From assembly GCA_012295275.1 (NCBI GenBank), contig CM022676.1, positions 9,114,001 through 9,178,000 on the forward strand: a DNA stretch of 64,000 nt, in the 5' to 3' direction. Position numbers and translations under genes: made by a program. Source of the stretch: Chrysomallon squamiferum (Eukaryota > Animalia > Mollusca). Positions 1-25,219 of the stretch are shown here, piece after piece (positions within the stretch are counted from its first letter, which is position 1; each line of letters starts with the position of its first letter). The notes beneath the pieces are model-generated. The model worked only from the letters and a program-made list of their open reading frames with translations. It made no database searches and was not told the DNA's origin.

Positions 1-1040
1 AGACATTTTTTTTTGTTCCAGAGATACATAAATATAATCTCTAATCCGTAACCATGACAACCAGGTGCTCGTGACATTGACATTAACCTTGGCCGGCGAT
101 GAAAATGATGACAGGAGGTGTCAGTGGACACAATTGATTAGGAAAACAGACACGATGTCGTACGTACATCAACATCGTCAGGCTCAACAACGTCTTGCGT
201 AACGAGCAAATTCTGCTCCGGGCCGTTCACGAGGTGTACATCAGTGTAGTTCTCACTTCGGCGTAATTCCGTCATCACCGATTGACACTTTCTACGTCTG
301 CTGTGATTGACAGCATGAAACGTCACATCTGATTGGCAGGATGTAAAGTCCAACGAGATTCGCTGTACGTAACATCACGTGAGATTACCAACACGGGCTC
401 GCTGTTTTAGCGCCAACGATGACGTCAGATTTACGTCAAAAAAATGCCTTTCTTTATATGACGTAAGCTTAATGACTGCAAATAATAGAAAGTACTGTCG
501 CAGTAACTATGTATTCCCTTTATACCGCTATTGTATAATATTTAACGTAAATTAGAACAATTTAATAATTCAGGGTTTTTTCTGTGACGTCACCAGTTTA
601 TACCATCTGTCCCAGAATCCAATACGTCGATGGGTCTTTTCGATTCTCTAGTCTTTAATTCTTAATATATATACCCACGTGTGTGTGTGTGTGTGCGTGC
701 GTGTGTGTGTGTGTGTGTGTGTGTTGTGTGTGTGTGTGTGTTCTACATAACTTAACATTCTTTCTCCCACATAAAATAAAACTGGAATGAAAACTAATCA
801 GTTATTTTGCCTAATATCAATTATTTATGTTTGGCATTTTCTTTATGGAAAACAAAATGGCAGTTTTACGCATAGTTTATTGGAAAAACGAAAGGAATGC
901 TGTCATGAACAAATTGAGCAAATATTGAAAATACTATGAAAAAAACAGTGGCAGATATTGGAAAATGTTCTACAACCTCGATAATTCTTGAAAAAAGCTT
1001 TCTAAAAAATATAGTTTTGTAATTGGACTAACGCATATAC

Positions 1041-1115
<75 letters not shown>

Positions 1116-1188
1116 CATACATATATAATATATATATATACATATACATATACATACATATGTGTGAAATTGGATTTTTGAACGGATT

Positions 1189-1252
<64 letters not shown>

Positions 1253-1672
1253 CGCTCGCTCTCTCTGTGTGTGTGTGTCTACGTGTGTGTGTGTGTGTGT
1301 GTGTCTGAAATCTCATCCTCATGCAAATTTCCTTTGTTCTTATTCCATGTTTATTACGAAGACAGTCACTCCTGTGTAAAAACATGCTTTTCCTGTTACA
1401 AGACCATAGTAACCCGTTCTAATGACGTGGCGAAACTTTGACCTTGTCAAAGAACGTTTGTCTTTGGGATCAATGTAACCCATATTTCTATTTTTAGCAT
1501 TTTATGACGCGTTATCGGCAGGCTTGACACAGTGTTATGTAAGTAAATAAGTAACAGCTTCACAAGACGTACAACATTGTCAAAATAGGTTACAACATTG
1601 TTACAATAGTTACAACAGGCAAGATTTACTATAAAGCTCAAAAAAAAAATAATAATAATAATAATAAAAATG

Positions 1673-1723
<51 letters not shown>

Positions 1724-1966
1724 TACTGCTTAGTGATTCTAATCAAGAAAGACTGATTTTTAGTTATTATATAACTTTTTTTATTTTATTTATTATTTAT
1801 ATTATTATTATTATTACTACTACTACTACTACTACTGCTATTATTATAAGTATTATTATTGTTCAGATGTCTATTATTATTATTATTATTTTTAATATTA
1901 TTATTATTATTATTATTATTTGTTAAGACTAGTTAAAGAGGGCCTCTAAATTTGGGAACTCGAGAT

Positions 1967-2061
<95 letters not shown>

Positions 2062-2685
2062 TTATCATAACACAATCAGCTAAACGAGAAAAAAAAATTT
2101 AACCATTTAATATAATCTTTAATATAATCAAATTTGATAATTATTATTAAAATTCTTTGTTCAAATTCACATTAGTATTTCACTGTAGTAAAAAAAAAAA
2201 AAAATAAAAAAAAAATAAAATAAGCATATAATTATGGCTTCAGCTTGAACACTCGGAAATTTAGAAAATCTATAACAACTTCATAATCGTATTAGCTGTT
2301 TCAGCTATAAACCAATCTGTAGCTTTCATTTCACTTATTTCACTTTGTCAAACAACGCTCCCAATATTTATAAGCTCAAGACATTTATTTATTATCAGAC
2401 AAATACTGTTTTTCGATTTTCGAATTTTGTTTCCGAATTCCAAGAATAATTCACATGATAGTGTCTTTGTTTGGGACAATCTGAACGGCTGGTTTTTTTT
2501 TTTTTTTTTTTTTTTTTTTTCCCCGTTCTAACCTGTTAATAATTTAGCAGTCAAAGCGAGCTTTTTGAGTGTAGATTGGAAATAGCAAAATAATGAATGC
2601 GTGAATGAACATTTTCATTTAAAAATTAAGGCTATATGATATGAAAAAGATAAAACGATCAAGGTCCATATTTTTTGTCAAAATA

Positions 2686-2755
<70 letters not shown>

Positions 2756-3535
2756 GGACAGATAAATCAAACACCTTTTCCGCCTACTTCATCAAGCGAA
2801 ACAAAATAAAAACTACGACCAACTTTGGCTACTTCTAACATTCTCGTCATTTTCGCCATATTGTCACAGACGTGTCACACTATGTTCGTGTACGCAACAC
2901 ACAGTAAGTTATGACTTTACGCAAACGACACGCCCACTTTGCTCATTTGCATACGGTGTCACCTTGAGCACGATGGGAAGTGTGGGACGGTAACAGAAAA
3001 CAGACAATGTACAGAAACGATGCAGACGGGTCAAAGGTCACACACTGTTAATGGCGGGATGGGTTGTTCCGAAGTAAAGGTGATTTCCTTCAAGTGAAAG
3101 TGTCACCTTGAAAGGAAGGGGTGATGCAGGAGGTGGGGGGAGAGAGAAAGGAGGGGTGTGGAGCTGGAGGGAGGAGGACCGAGTGAAATGAAAAAGAATG
3201 AAAAAGAAACTAGGTCTGCTTTAAATATATATATATATATATATATGCATGCATGTAAATAAAGGGACAAACAGATATTATTCATTCTTAATAGCTTTTC
3301 GTTTATAAATAATCATACATACGTACATACACATACACACATATATACATGCAGACACACATACACACACATACATTGACAAACATTATAGGCCTACATA
3401 TTACACACAAATACAGTATACATTCATATTTCTCTATCCTATATAAATTATATAAATAAAGATATATTAGTGGTTATATACCTATGCATATATATACTGA
3501 TACCCATATTCAAAAACATATTAACTGATACAGAC

Positions 3536-3626
<91 letters not shown>

Positions 3627-4073
3627 GACTCTCATCTTATTATTATGGTTTAAAGTGAAAGTATTTAGATCTTAGAAATCCAGTAAGTGTGTGTGTGTGT
3701 GTGTGTGTGTGTCTCTCTCTCTCTTCCCCCCTCTCTCCCCCCCTCTCTCTGTCTCTCTCTCACGCACATACAAACACAAATCGTAAATCTAAACTTCACT
3801 GTACCCATCCTCTTTCACAAAGAGCTCCCTCGGAGCACTACATTAATTACTATAAGATAATTGGATAGATTCTTTTCGAATGGCTACATCCAAGTAATTT
3901 CCTCTATAAGCAGCTTGCTGTACAATCACAGCGGCCAACAAACAACTGTCACACTTTTTTCATAGCGTTATACTACTCGGTATAGGAAACAAACGCGACG
4001 TAAATCATTATTCTTCTTCGTAAACAGTCGTGTAATTTTGTGTGTGTAGTATGTGTATGTTTTTGGGGTCTAT

Positions 4074-4106
<33 letters not shown>

Positions 4107-4515
4107 TGTGGCTGTATGTCTTTGTATGTAAGTTATGTTTCTGAGTGTGTTTGTGTGTGTTCGTAACGGTGACTGTGTTTATATGTGTAAGTGTGTATGC
4201 GTGTAATTCATTCACATAATCACACAAACGTTTTCTTCTGTTATATCAAATATTAAAATAAATAAATACATCGGAATCTGTGCAGATTATAAAGTCATCA
4301 TTCGCCAGTGCATTGCCCTCGTTTTCGAAGACAGGTTCATTAACGTAAATTATGTCAGCGTATAACTTATTATCATAATTTATCTCAACGGCTGACATCA
4401 TTAACATAATTTATGTAGGTATCTGGATAGCTGTCAATTTCTGAGATGTTATGCTTAAAATATTGTTCGTTTTTGTTTTATTTTTTTATTATGTTTTAAA
4501 TTTTATCTGAACTTA

Positions 4516-4553
<38 letters not shown>

Positions 4554-4920
4554 GCTGTATAATATGCTTGTTTGTTTGTACTGTTTTTTATATTGAATGC
4601 TTTTTTTTTTTTTTTTTTTTTTTTTTTTTGGCTCCAGGTTACGAAATATTTAATAAATATATTGAGAATTAATTCTTTAACGACTTCTCAAACAGGCAAT
4701 AAATATTTTAAAAAGAAGAAAAAAAAAAGAAAAAAGATGAAAGCATTCAGAAACGATCTTCATATATTAATAAATTACTTTCACTCCTGCTGGTCCTACT
4801 ACTATTACTACTACTACTTCTGCTACTACTATTACTATTACTACTGCTGCTACTGTTACTGTTACTACCACTGCTACTGCTATAAGTACCACACCTGCGG
4901 TTAAAGATAAACACTAAATA

Positions 4921-4961
<41 letters not shown>

Positions 4962-5662
4962 CTATTATAGTAATTATTACCATCACCTCTGCCTTTGTTA
5001 CAACAACAGCTACCACCAGCTCTGCTGCTACTACTACAACAGTAATCACCGTTACTACTATTACAATTACACCTGCTACCACTACAGTCAATATTACTAA
5101 AACAACTACTTCATTTATTAACATCATCGCTCCATCACCAACACTAAACTACTACTACACCATGCACTACGTAGCAGAAATACTGCAACCACCACTACGA
5201 CCATTACCATCACAACTATTACAACATCACGACCACTGCTGCTGTCGCAAGCACAGCATCATATTATCAGCAGATCTGATACTACTTCTATCACACCGTC
5301 ACTACAGCTACTACTACGGCTGTCATAACACTACATCGGCATTAATACAGCTACGAAACGAATCGCGAATTACGAATGACCTTTACGAAAACAAGGTCGT
5401 GTGAACTGCTGTTTCATGTATCGCTTACAAATCGCATGTAACGAAAACCGAGATAAAAACGTTTAAAGAAACATGAATGAAACTTGAGATAGAGAGGACA
5501 GATGAAATCTTATCTTACACGCACGTTATCGGAATAATCTGCTCATCATTATGAAGAGTATGTTTGCTTTTTGTGTTACCGTATACCTATAGATGTATCG
5601 TTGTTTGTTATTTATGGCTGTTGTTGGTCTTCATAGATTTGTAGCTATTTTGTAGTTGTTAC

Positions 5663-5723
<61 letters not shown>

Positions 5724-7080
5724 TATTTTTATCTTGCTGTTTTTTTTTTTTTGTTTTTTTTAATTTGTGTGGTTACTGTCCGTTTTTCTGATTTTAATTT
5801 TGCTGTTGATCACTTTTACGTGTTTTTTTTTCTTTTCTTCATTTGTTTAATAATACTATTGCGACTACTACAACAGCTGTTATTTCTATCGTTACAACAG
5901 TAGCAGCTACTACTACGTCTAGTACCATTACTATTATTGGGACTGCTGCTACTCCCACTATCATTAGCACTTCAGCTACTACTACAACTACTACTACAGC
6001 TGTTAATATTAATACTAAACCAATACGACCATTATTACAGCTACTATCACTACAACTACCACTACAACCACTACTATAACTACAACAACAACTACTACTA
6101 CTACTACTACAGCTATTAACATTAATACTATACCAATACGACCATCATTACAGCTACTATCACTACAACTACCAATACAACCACTACTATAACTACAACA
6201 ACAACTACTACTTCTACTATTACACAACTATTATTACTGCTACAATTACTATTACTACAACAACGATTCTACTATAACTACACAACAACAACTACTACCA
6301 CTACTACTACTACTATTACTGCTACTACTACTACTACTACTATTACTACTACTACCGCTATTGCAATTACTACTACTGCTACTTACTACAACAACAATTC
6401 TACTACTACTATTACTACACCGCTATTGCTACAATTACTACTACTGCTACTACTACTACTGCTACTACTACTACTACTACTACCACTACTGCTACTACTA
6501 CTACTACGACAACTGTTCACATAACTTATTTTAGCCAGTAACCATTATCTGCGGGAGATGGTAAAAAAAAAAAAACTACCACTGCACTGACATTTGCACA
6601 TAACTTAAAGAAGTTATCTCTAAATAAATAAAAAAAAAAAACTGACGTTTGCGAAAAGAAGTAATGCCAAATAAATTGAACGTTCGAAATAATGCCGTTG
6701 AACGCCACTTATCGTTGACCATGACGACAACAAGAAAACACAGCATTTTTTGTTATTGATTCAGTGTGTTCAAACAAAGACAAAAACAAAACAGTGTTTT
6801 AAAATCAGTTTAGTGGAAAATTAAATGTATGTTTGCTTAATCTTTATTAACAGAAAATGTATTAAGTACCGTGAACCACGTATCTGAAACAATGTCTACT
6901 AATTGGTGGCTTTGTTCGAAAGGACTATGGAATCAGCAACATTTTATATATATATATATATATATTAAGTATTGAATTTTTGCATTTTAGGTTACCAGAT
7001 TTATTTTGTAAATGTCATTATAAAGAAGATGATGATGATGATAATAATGATTATGATTATTATAATAATAATAATAATAA

Positions 7081-7134
<54 letters not shown>

Positions 7135-8770
7135 GCATTTTGGTTTTCTCATGTTTCCATCCCTCTGCTCATTAACGTCATCACCGTTACTACAACTACA
7201 ACTACTATTACTTCTTCTGTTGCATTTATTACTGCTATTACTACTACAACTGCTACTACTGCTAGACTACTGGTTATGATCTTAATTGTTGTCGCTTCTA
7301 TATTACTGCTGCTATTACTACTACTATCAGTACAAAACCGCCACCCTTTTTTCTACTACTACTCCTACTACAGAACTCTGCTTCTGCTGAAGTTGTTGCT
7401 GCAACAACAACAACAACAACTACTACTACTACTACTACTACTATAACCAGAGCTCTGTATATCGCAATCTCCCCATGACGAAGATACAACAGAAATGAGT
7501 ACGTATATCAACCTTTTGACATGTATATTAACATCCAAGTACGTACAGCATGGACACGCTTGGTAAATTATGTCCGGTGTCCTTTCAGTGATGTGCCGCA
7601 GTGACCGCTACTCAGCGAAGGTCAGCTGTCACAGTTGATTGGATTTTGCCCCAGGTATTCCAAGTAACCTGTAACGTGCATGGTTTTCAAAGGTCAAATG
7701 AATGTCAAGAGAAATAAATTTGAATTTTGATAACCGCTGCGAAAATAAGTTTTTGTTTAAAACGAAATAGAAGATAAAGTCATTCTATTCTTTAATATGA
7801 TATATATATATATACTTGTGTGTGTATGTATGTGTCTGTGTGTATATGTATGCGTGTGTATTTGTGTATGTATGTACGGATGTTTGTTTGCCTTTATGGA
7901 ATGCGCATGTCCGCATGTCACCCTCCTCCGAATAGCAAAACGAATAGATGGTAGAAAACAAACTAACTAAATAATGGAATTTGTTTAATAAGAAATTGAA
8001 TCCGTGTACACATATATCTCAAGTAAAGAAAGAAAAGTTAAGAAAAGAAGTAGGAAAAGAAAAAAAGAAAAAAAGAAAAAAGAAAAATTGTCAACAAAGT
8101 AGTAATTATGTAAGAAAAAAACATGTTTATTATACCGTTTTTTTTTTGGTTTTTTTTTAGTTTTTGCTTCACAGACGCCTCGAGTTTTATGAAACCGGTT
8201 TTATGACCAAACCGGGTTTGACCTAGTTATTTGTATACATTTCATTTGAATATGAACTTCTGCGACGCGTCCAAGTGTCATTACCTCGCTTTGGGCTACT
8301 GACTTATTATAATATGCCCTTGACATTGCAAAGGGAAAAGCGATAAATTAAAAAAACACGAAAAGGTTTGTTTGTTCAAAGATCTTTAAAGATTTTTATT
8401 TTAACTTGTTACACACGGTCCGTATTTGGGGTGGGGTGAAGAGGTTTTAAATTTTATAACCGTTCTTTTTTAAAGATAGTTATTAACGTTTAGAGAAACT
8501 GTCACAGGGCCGTTATAGGGAGGGAGGGTTGCAGCGATTGAATTTCTGTTCTTTTTAAAGTTATTGCTGTGTTTGCAAGAACGTGTTTGCGATAACAGGG
8601 TTGGGGTGGGGGCTATTTATTTTTTTGTTTGTAGTTTTTGTTCGTTTCTTCTTTATTTTTTTTTATATTTATTCTCATTCATTTTTCTTCTTTTTTTATT
8701 TTTTATTTTTTTATTTTTTTTTTTTTATTTTGTTTGATTCTTTCTTTGCTTCTTTTAAATCTTCTTCTTC

Positions 8771-8830
<60 letters not shown>

Positions 8831-9733
8831 CAGTCCATTTCATCTTGAAAGTTAAACCCACAACAAGATAAAAAAAAAAAAACTACCCCTTCTCAAATCC
8901 TAGAACAGCCCCCTATAACTGGATCTAGTTACTATCAGTAGCTGTATCATAACTTCATTGAATATCTTGAACGTTGGTTTCAGATTGTCAAAGAAAATGT
9001 TTTAATCTTAGATTACTTTATGTCATAACTGACAGACATCTTTTCTTACGTTTTCATCGTTGCCATTGTAATAAATGATACGATGTTCAAAATAACTGCT
9101 TTGTAACAGTTTTCAAATGAGCAGACGACACCGCTATTCAGACGAAAAGACATGGTCTAGTGGCTCCAAAATATTCACCCGAATTCATCTGATATGTTGT
9201 CGTTAAAAAAGGGCATTTAACGAATAACGTTAAAAGGTAATGAAGAAGGAGAAACTAAACAACAGATAATAATAATAAAAAAAATGAAGTGGAAAAGAAC
9301 GGTTTGTTGAAAAATAAATAAATAATTGAAATTCTTGTGTTTTTTTTTTTTTTAAAACTGTTTTTAGATTCTATCGTTCTACTTCTTTTTTTCTATCTTT
9401 GTTTTTTTGTAACAGATTTTTTGTTGTTGTTTTTTTTTTTGCTTTATTTTTTTTTTTTTTTACTCCTTAGGTAGATATACATATTAATGTATTTATTCAA
9501 TTCACAAAACGTTTTAAATTTTTCGTTCACTTTTTTATTTATATTCTTTTGCTTTTCTTTTCCATATATTATCACTGATTATTATTATTATTAGTAGTAG
9601 TAGTAGTAGTAGTAGTAGCAGTTGTAGTTGTTGAAATATTAGTAGACATAACCTAATTGTAATAAGCAGCAACAGCAGTAGAAGTAGCAGCGGTTGTGGT
9701 AGTAGAACGCCGAAGTAGCTTTATTTATTTATT

Positions 9734-9796
<63 letters not shown>

Positions 9797-10566
9797 AATT
9801 TTATGCACGATAGGTGGCATATCAGTTCATGCACAAACATTTTTTCACTCTCTTTATTTCACTTGTGACTTTTCTTTATTTTCTTTACTTTTTTTTATTT
9901 TTTTCCGCCTCCCCCCACCTTCCTTTCCCTGTTACACATGTTTACGTATGCACTTTAAGTTTACTTGCACTTATTTGAATTCTGCGTTTTCATTCGTTCT
10001 CTCCTGTTTTGTATCGGTTTAAGGAGTACAATCTTTTTTTTTGTTTGTTTTTTTCTTTTTTTTTTGGTGCTATTCATTTGTATAACTGAAATCACATTCA
10101 CACCCAATTCACCCTCGATTTCGTGTTTATTTCGTCCATTATTCTGTCAGTTTTAAAACTTGAACCCAATGACGTTTAAAATCTTTAAAAAAAAAAAAAA
10201 AAATGTAATTCAATGCTTGTCTTAGAAAACGCAAAACAGATACACATGAAGTAATATATCTAAAAAATAAAAACAATAAAAATAAAATAAAAATAAAATA
10301 AAAAAAGATGAATTGTACAAATTTAATTTAAACAAAAATATATTGCTGTCTGTTAGTGTCAAAAAGTTGTAAAACAACTAAAATTTGTAGAGAATTAATA
10401 TTAATAATTCTTTTTATGCGTATTTCCAAAAAATGCTAAATTTTGATTACATGAAATAAAACTTTTAAAAATATCTGTACCGAATTAATAAATAAAATAA
10501 ATGTTTCTGCATTTATCTGTGTTATGGATGATCTAGACAGTTATATTTGTTATGCCTATTTGGAGG

Positions 10567-10637
<71 letters not shown>

Positions 10638-11878
10638 ATTTTGAAAACTATATATTTAAAGCCGTATTGGTTCTGATACTTGTCTAGCAGTCACAAATTT
10701 TGTTTATATATCTTTACGAAGAATACGAAAAGCCACATTAAATGAGGGATTTCAAAATTCTATCTATATTACGTTCAGTCCAGTCAATGACCGAATGAGG
10801 AAAACAGAAACGATGTTCTCATTGGTTAAAATAAAACAATAATAATAATAACAGTCCTGTTTTCAAGATTTATTTGTTGTTCTGCTATATTGTTTGTCAC
10901 TTGTCATAGGCGTGCCGCTAATTTATGTTTGTATTCAAATGAAGGAATTTAAACATTGCTTTGTTTCTGTTTGTACGTGAATCCGAGAGAGAGAGAGAGA
11001 GAGAGAGTATTCTTTAGAAAATAAAAAAGCAATACGAATAAATGTATATAGAATCTCAAACGGTTAATAAATATTTTCGACACGAATTTTAAAAGTTTTA
11101 CGGTATTCTTTATCTTATTTTTTTTTTTTTTTTTTTTTTTCCTATGTCCTTCGTTACGCATATACTCATAGCATGTTCACGTGATCAGTCTTCTGTGACA
11201 CGGTCATCTTCACGCTTTCTGATTAGTTGCATTCCCCCCCACCCTCCCCCCACACATACACACACTCCATGAGTGCTCGGTGACATTTCGTCCGGCTCTT
11301 TTGATTGACAGATGACGTATAACAACCTGCAGAATAGCGGCGGGAAAATTGCGATTGCTGCAGAAGGCAATAATGCCAGTGGCAAGGTGATCGTTTCGGG
11401 TGACCCGTTTGGTGATAGGATAAAAATGACAGACCGAGCCTTTAGGAATAAACGGCGACAGATAAAATTTAGTGTGTGTGTGTGTGTGGGTGTGTGTGTA
11501 TGTGTGGGTGTGATAGACGTTTGATTTAAATCAGTTTCTTACGTAATATAATGACAGTTAACTTGAGACGCTGCCCTTTTGAATGGGCTTTGTACATTTC
11601 AAGGTTAAGAGAGAAAGCCTGCGATATATAATTTCTGTCTCTTATTAGATTTTATTTTATTTAATTTTTATTAGTTTATTTTATTATTTATTTATTTATT
11701 AATATAGTTGTTTTTATTCTTATTACTGTTATTATTAATTTTATTTTTATTTTATTTTGTGTTTACATAATATCTTTTGTTATTGTAGATACGATTGTTG
11801 TTTATTTTCTTATTTTATCTCATTTTATTCATAATTAATATTTTATTTTTTTATTATTGTTTGTATTATTAGTGTTGT

Positions 11879-11910
<32 letters not shown>

Positions 11911-12531
11911 TTATCTTATCATCATTTTAAATAACATTCGCAAATGTATTAATGGTTAAAATTTTAATGATTAATAATAGGCCATCCAAACACCGATGAA
12001 TTTTTACATTAATCTCTTATACGGTAATATACGGAACTTGAGTGTTAAGAATATCTCGGAAAGGTCTATAAAGTTTGTATGTATTACAGAGTTATTCCCC
12101 TTCATTGTTGCCCATTTTCTATCGTAAAGTATATAACTATGTGTGTACGTGTATTGACTTTGTACCTCCCCATACAAAGAAACACTGAAACGACATTCGA
12201 AATTATCCATTTTATTTATACATTTCATTAAAGAACATTTTAAAAATAAATAAATAATAGTAATATTTTTGTACCAAAAAAAGTTTTAAAAAAAAGAAGA
12301 AAAGAAACAGATTTATACAGTTAATTTCAGGATTATACATTGACAAAAAATATATAGAGTGTATGTAATTATAACATATTAAATTTTCGTTTGGTTAGTT
12401 ATTTAGACATAGTTTTATTTTCATGTTTTATTATTATTATTATTATTATTATGAGAAAAATACTAAATATGATAAAATACTATGTAAAATTATTTATATA
12501 TAAACATTCCCATAGGTACACATACGTATCT

Positions 12532-12581
<50 letters not shown>

Positions 12582-12762
12582 TAATTATTAAAAAACACAT
12601 CTGTATAATTATATTAAAGTTCTGCCATTGTTGTTAAAACCAAAGTAAATGTTTTCCCTCGATCTTTTCCTTCGTTTTTAAATTATTATCTTTTTAATAC
12701 CAAAATAATAAAACAAAATTCTTTCTTTCTTTCTTTCTTTCCTTTTGTTCCTCATCTCTATT

Positions 12763-18638
<5,876 letters not shown>

Positions 18639-18689
18639 TTTATGTCTTTCTTTCTTTCTTTCTTTCTTTCTTCCTATTTTGAATTTTTT

Positions 18690-18850
18690 AGATAGTAGTC
18701 TATAAATACAAAAAAAAGAAACAAAACGGAACGTGATGTTAATAGCTTAGCGGCTCCCTGACGTCATAGCACTGTTGACGTCATTAGGTATGAATTGCTG
18801 GATGTTATGCTCTGTACCGAACCAGAATCGGTGAAAGATGACGTAGGTAC
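18690..18850 (-). promoter_or_regulatory. Putative tetraspanin A proximal promoter
   Basis: TATTTATA on the minus strand (~18701-18708) about 65 bp upstream of the ATG; two full CRE palindromes TGACGTCA at 18759-18766 and 18776-18783. Confidence 0.45.
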
Positions 18851-19164
18851 ATGCCGTCTTTCTTTCTTTCTTTCGTTCTTTTTTCTTTCTTATTTGACAT
18901 GAAGAGATTTTATTCATTCATTTTTTATTTACATATGTATATATATGTATGTATGTATGTATTAATATATATACGTGTGTGTGTGTGTGTATATATATAC
19001 ACACACACACACACACGTACAAAACCAACTAAATTTATAAAATAAATAAGCAAGCAAAATCAAAGTAAATATATTTATAAATTATATAAAGAAATAAAGA
19101 CTTAAGTAATATACTTAATTTATTCAATTCTAATAAACGTAACAAAAGTTCGATAGTGAAAGTC

Positions 19165-19241
<77 letters not shown>

Positions 19242-19342
19242 ACTAGAAAAGAAAGTCGTTTCTTTTGTTGCTATTGTTGCTGATACATCTGAAAATAAAA
19301 AAATAAAAAAGTTATTTTAATATGATACCGTTATTGTTGTTG

Positions 19343-19402
<60 letters not shown>

Positions 19403-19547
19403 CTCTTTTTCTTGCTAGTTTTATTATTATTTTTGTTGTTGTTATCTTTATTGACTTTAATATTCCTATCTGTCTGCACGGTACACGGTTTTGTATGCGT
19501 GTGTGTGTGTGTGTGTATACAAAATATATGACCAAAGCCTACCGTAT

Positions 19548-23746
<4,199 letters not shown>

Positions 23747-23930
23747 TTTGTTTCAAGGCAAATAAAGATTCACGTACTTATGACGAGCTCATTTAGTCTT
23801 AGAAATACCGTTAACTTTAGATATACATCACGTGAACGAAAGTGTCACATAACAGTTATTTATTGTACCGATATAATCAGCGATATATCTCACCTGTAGG
23901 AATGTATATTATTCAGTACGTGTTAAAAAG

Positions 23931-23969
<39 letters not shown>

Positions 23970-23971
23970 TT

Positions 23972-24002
<31 letters not shown>

Positions 24003-24184
24003 AATATTAACAAAATAATAATAGCAATAGCATAATAATAATAACAATAATAATAATAATAGTAAGAAGAACGATAATAATAATAATAATAATAGCAAAA
24101 GGATAAACTAATAAGAGTAATAATAATAACATAAAGTAAATATTTGTAAATATTTATGTCTGTATGTCTATATATAAAATCAAA

Positions 24185-24223
<39 letters not shown>

Positions 24224-24617
24224 TACACACACACAAATGCATAAACATTCACACGCACTCACACATTTTTACGTACATGAAAATATTCGTGTACACGTAT
24301 AATCGTAATCAATCACTGATCACTTGGAAAAAGGCTGAATAATTATGATTTGCACGCAAGCCAGTTTTAAAATGGGTTGATTGAAAGCGTTGTTCTGTTA
24401 ATGGCCATAATTTAGAAATATTTTGATTAAATATCGATAAACCAGTATACTTAGGTAACGGACAGATAAAAAGATAAAAAAAAAAAAAAAAAAAAAAATG
24501 TTTAATTTATTTATTATTATTATTATTATTTCTTTTTCTACGGCAACAAGCACGCATTCTAAGAATTTGCTGTCAAGATAAATAGCGAAGTAATTAATAT
24601 TTTATTAATATTATTAT

Positions 24618-24691
<74 letters not shown>

Positions 24692-25219
24692 TCGAAAAAA
24701 CACAAAAGACAACAAAATACTTTAATTATTTTACTTTTATTATTTTTTTTTATTTTACGTTTGTTTTACACACAATGAATTACTAATTATAACAGACAGA
24801 AAGTAATCTTTAAAAAAGGAGAGAGATAAAGACAAAGAAAGCGAAACAAAAGCAACACAAACAAACAATTAAGATCATTTTTGTCTGCAGCAAAATTAAC
24901 GGCTATGAAAGTAGCGTTAGACCTAGAAAATAATAGAATTTGTAATAGAAAATGTTAATAATAAATTAAATTAAATTAAAATTAAATTATTATTAATAAT
25001 TTATTTATTTATTTAAAAAAAAAAAAAAAAATAAAATAAAATATCAAAATACGACGAAAAATATACTCAAATATCAAAATAAAATAAAATGCACTGTCTT
25101 CCAAATCAATAATCTCGCGCATGCTCAGAAGACGTCGTTTATTTCAACGCGGGCAGACGATACATATGGCGCGTGCGAACGGCGTGGCATGACCTTTCTC
25201 TCTTTCTTTCGTCATCTTT

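Noticed and set aside
138-353. 71-aa minus-strand ORF of complex sequence
   Set aside because: Non-ATG start, in-frame stop at 375-377, no good acceptor and no recognisable domain; the region is better explained as regulatory.
8505-8928. Possible MITE with degenerate termini (CAGGGCCGTTATAGGG ... CCCCCTATAACTGGATCTAG)
   Set aside because: Only ~10 bp of the termini match and no target-site duplication is evident; cannot be supported without a genome search.
11312-11524. 70-aa plus-strand ORF with ATG in the CpG island
   Set aside because: No recognisable homology, runs into (GT)n, no downstream exons found.
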